A stretch of DNA of 64,000 bases, taken from the NCBI RefSeq assembly GCF_004010195.1, contig NC_057720.1, forward strand, positions 11,087,181 to 11,151,180. Direction: 5' to 3'. This DNA is from Chiloscyllium plagiosum. Its lineage: Eukaryota. Numbering within the stretch: the first letter of the stretch is position 1; each line of letters starts with the position of its first letter. Shown piece after piece: positions 61,601 through 64,000 of the stretch. The position numbers were made by a program, and so were the translations under genes. Under the pieces are notes generated by a model that saw only the letters and a list, made by a program, of their open reading frames with translations, did not search any database and was not told where the DNA came from.

Positions 61601-62689
61601 AGATAACCTCTGAGTAAGGGATCGTCTATTTGAAATAGAGAAGGGGAGGAATTTCTTCTGTCAGAGGGTAGTGAATCTGTGGTCACTTCAAAAAGGAAAT
61701 TAATCCATACTTCAAAAGGAAAGCTTTGCAAAGTTGTGAGGAAAATGTAGTGACACTGGGCTGATTGGATTATTTTTATTTTAAAGGAATTGGCATTTTC
61801 CCTTGGGCTGAATGGCCTCTTGCTATGCTGGAGGATTCTGAGAATCTCACACCGCAACATGGCAGTCTGTTTCAATTGATTTTCAATCTCTGAATCCATC
61901 TGATATTTTTAGGTTATTCTCGAGATTTCAGTAAACATCAACCAGCAAGTTTCCAAATTTCAGTTCTGAGATGTGATGGTTTCTTAAAAAAAATACATAT
62001 TGTTTGTTTAGAAAATTCTAACTGAAACCCCATGGAAATTGAAAATATCTTCAGATTGAAACAAGGAAGAGCTCAGATTAAATTGAAGCATTTGAAGAAT
62101 TGTCAAGGATTACTGCGCACATGTTATTGATAATATTTGCAGTAAGCACTAAATTTATAAGATGGCAAAACTTACAGCGGTAACTTAGAGGAAACTTAGG
62201 GAAAGACCCTTAAAGCCTCTATGTACATAATGGAAGCTTGTTGATTAGGAAAAGTAACAAATTGAATGAGGTTTGAACCACTCACACTATATCTCCAAGC
62301 ACTTCGAAAATTTGTCAATGAGGTGCAAGAATATCGAGATTTCAAAAAACAGCAAGAGATTTTTCTAAGGTCACAAAAAACAGTCATTTAGTTGTAGAAC
62401 TTGTGTATTACTAAAAGGTAGATGTGCTCTCAGAACATTCTATTGTGTACTCCTCAGGACAGAATGCAAGAATACCAAATCTGACAGGGAACAACAATTT
62501 TCACTGTATGAGAAGGCAATGCTGATTGGTTGATGAGTGAACTTTTAACACGGGAAGATTTATCAAGCAACCATAAATTGTTGTTCCCTTTGAAATTTGG
62601 CATTCTTGCAATTCTGTCCTGATCAGTACCATTTCAAAAGTTTCAATAATGATGAAACAGGAGAATTAACTTTAAGTTGGTATTTTTTT

Positions 62690-63326
62690 AATCAACACAG
62701 AATCACTAACCAGAAACTGATAGCCAAGTTCTGTACCCATGAACAAGACCTCAGCTGTGATCTTGGGTTCATGTCATACCACATGTGACACCACCACACT
62801 GTTCTGTAAAATCTTCCTTACTGTCCATTTTGTCATCATCACCTTGATAAATTGTTATGATCTCTCTACCTTAATTAATTTGTACAGTTTTGGATTACTT
62901 ATTACTTTGGTTAGACCCTTGACATACTATTCTTATACCTATCATATTATTCCAATTATTTGATTTGTCTCCAGCACCACTTTATTTTTATCTTTTTGTA
63001 ATTATCTCTCTGCCTCACTGAATCGGGTTATAGGTCAACCCTTCACTTGTTGTTCAACTGTTGACACTTTACTCACACCGTATGACATTCTTGATCACCT
63101 GCAGAGACCTATTATTCAGCCTGTCGACACTCCGCGCACACCACTTGTATGATCTTTTGATCTCTCTGCCTATAAACGCTGTGCTTGTGTGCTTCTCTCA
63201 CACTTCACCTGATGTAGGGGCAGTGCTTCAAAAGCTTATGATTTCAAATAAACCTGTTGGACTATAACCTGATGCCTCTGACTTTATCTACCCCAGTCCC
63301 CAACATCGGCGCCTCCACATCATGGC
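62690..63326 (+). mobile_element. PLE family A parent 3' end (endonuclease C-terminus, 3' UTR, pLTR with HHR, tail)
   Basis: QHRITNQKLIAKFCTHEQDLSCDLGFMSY; TCACCTGATGTAGGGGCAGTGCTTCAAAAGCTT at ~63205-63237; tail CCCCAGTCCCCAACATCGGCGCCTCCACATCATG. Confidence 0.8.
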
Positions 63327-63530
63327 TATCTTAGACCTTGTGGTAATCATCTATTCGCTCTCTGCCTAAACGTTGCTATCCAATGATGTGATCAGCTCCT
63401 TCTACACTCTCCAGATAGGCCTCTGCCTCACAGATGTACAACAGCCTCTGCACAATTTTCGAAACAGGGAGCTCAACCTTGTGCAGCTGGTATTACTTCT
63501 TGCAGATGTGTACCCATTGTGAAAATAGCA

Positions 63531-63871
63531 ATCATAGAACATAGAATCATAGAATCCCGAGAGTGTGGAAACAGGCCCTTCAGCCCAACAAGTCCACAAT
63601 GACCTTCTGAAGAATAACCCATGCAGACCTATTCCCCTACCCTCTTACTCTACATTTACCCTGACTAATGCACCTAACTCACACTTTGGACAATTTAACA
63701 TGGCCAATTCACCTGACCTGCACACCTTTGGACTGTGGGAGGAAACCGGAGGAAACCCACACAGACACAGAAAGAATGTGCAAGCTCCACACAGTTACCT
63801 GAGGCTGGAATCGAACCCATGTACATGGCGCTGTGAGGCAGCAGTGCTAACCACTGAACCACCGTGCTGCC
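63531..63871 (-). mobile_element. HE1-type SINE
   Basis: Full HE1 pattern in reverse complement. Confidence 0.9.
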
Positions 63872-64000
63872 TTGCTTCCCGAGCCTGGCAGCATGGTCTC
63901 CTGTTTTGGACCTGAGGGAAGAGCACCATCCTGCCCACTAAGACCTCCAGGTCCCAGTCGGGAGAGCAGGCTGCCAGTGTACCCCTGTCCGTAATCTGCA

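Noticed and set aside
1..64000. CRISPR array, operon or other prokaryotic system
   Set aside because: No regularly spaced repeat-spacer array or gene-dense coding; sequence is vertebrate repeat-rich DNA

Overview
Repeat-dense, apparently non-coding (intergenic or intronic) eukaryotic DNA with one scaffold gap (N 2652-3349). The repeat set points to an elasmobranch (shark) genome: HE1-type tRNA-SINEs, CR1/HER1-like LINEs, Deu-domain SINEs, Rex1/Babar LINEs and Penelope-like elements (PLEs). I found no host exon, RNA gene or CRISPR array; the ORFs I could interpret are transposon fragments or antisense noise. The strongest signal is a set of about 20 short PLE-derived insertions from at least four to five sequence families. 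Most carry a minimal type-I hammerhead ribozyme (HHR) motif: CUGANGA + extra nt, stem II, GAAA, a palindromic 4-nt stem III and NUH. Stems I and II covary between families. Many copies are palindromic 'twin-ribozyme' mini-elements with a 3' tail and target-site duplications (TSDs); the best is 50717-50937, with 88-bp perfect arms and a 10-bp TSD. Two near-identical local inverted duplications (33.3/34.3 kb and 37.6/38.0 kb) look like template-switch events, one starting in the loop of a PLE palindrome. Coordinates of degenerate repeats are approximate, and family names come from pattern recognition, not database searches.
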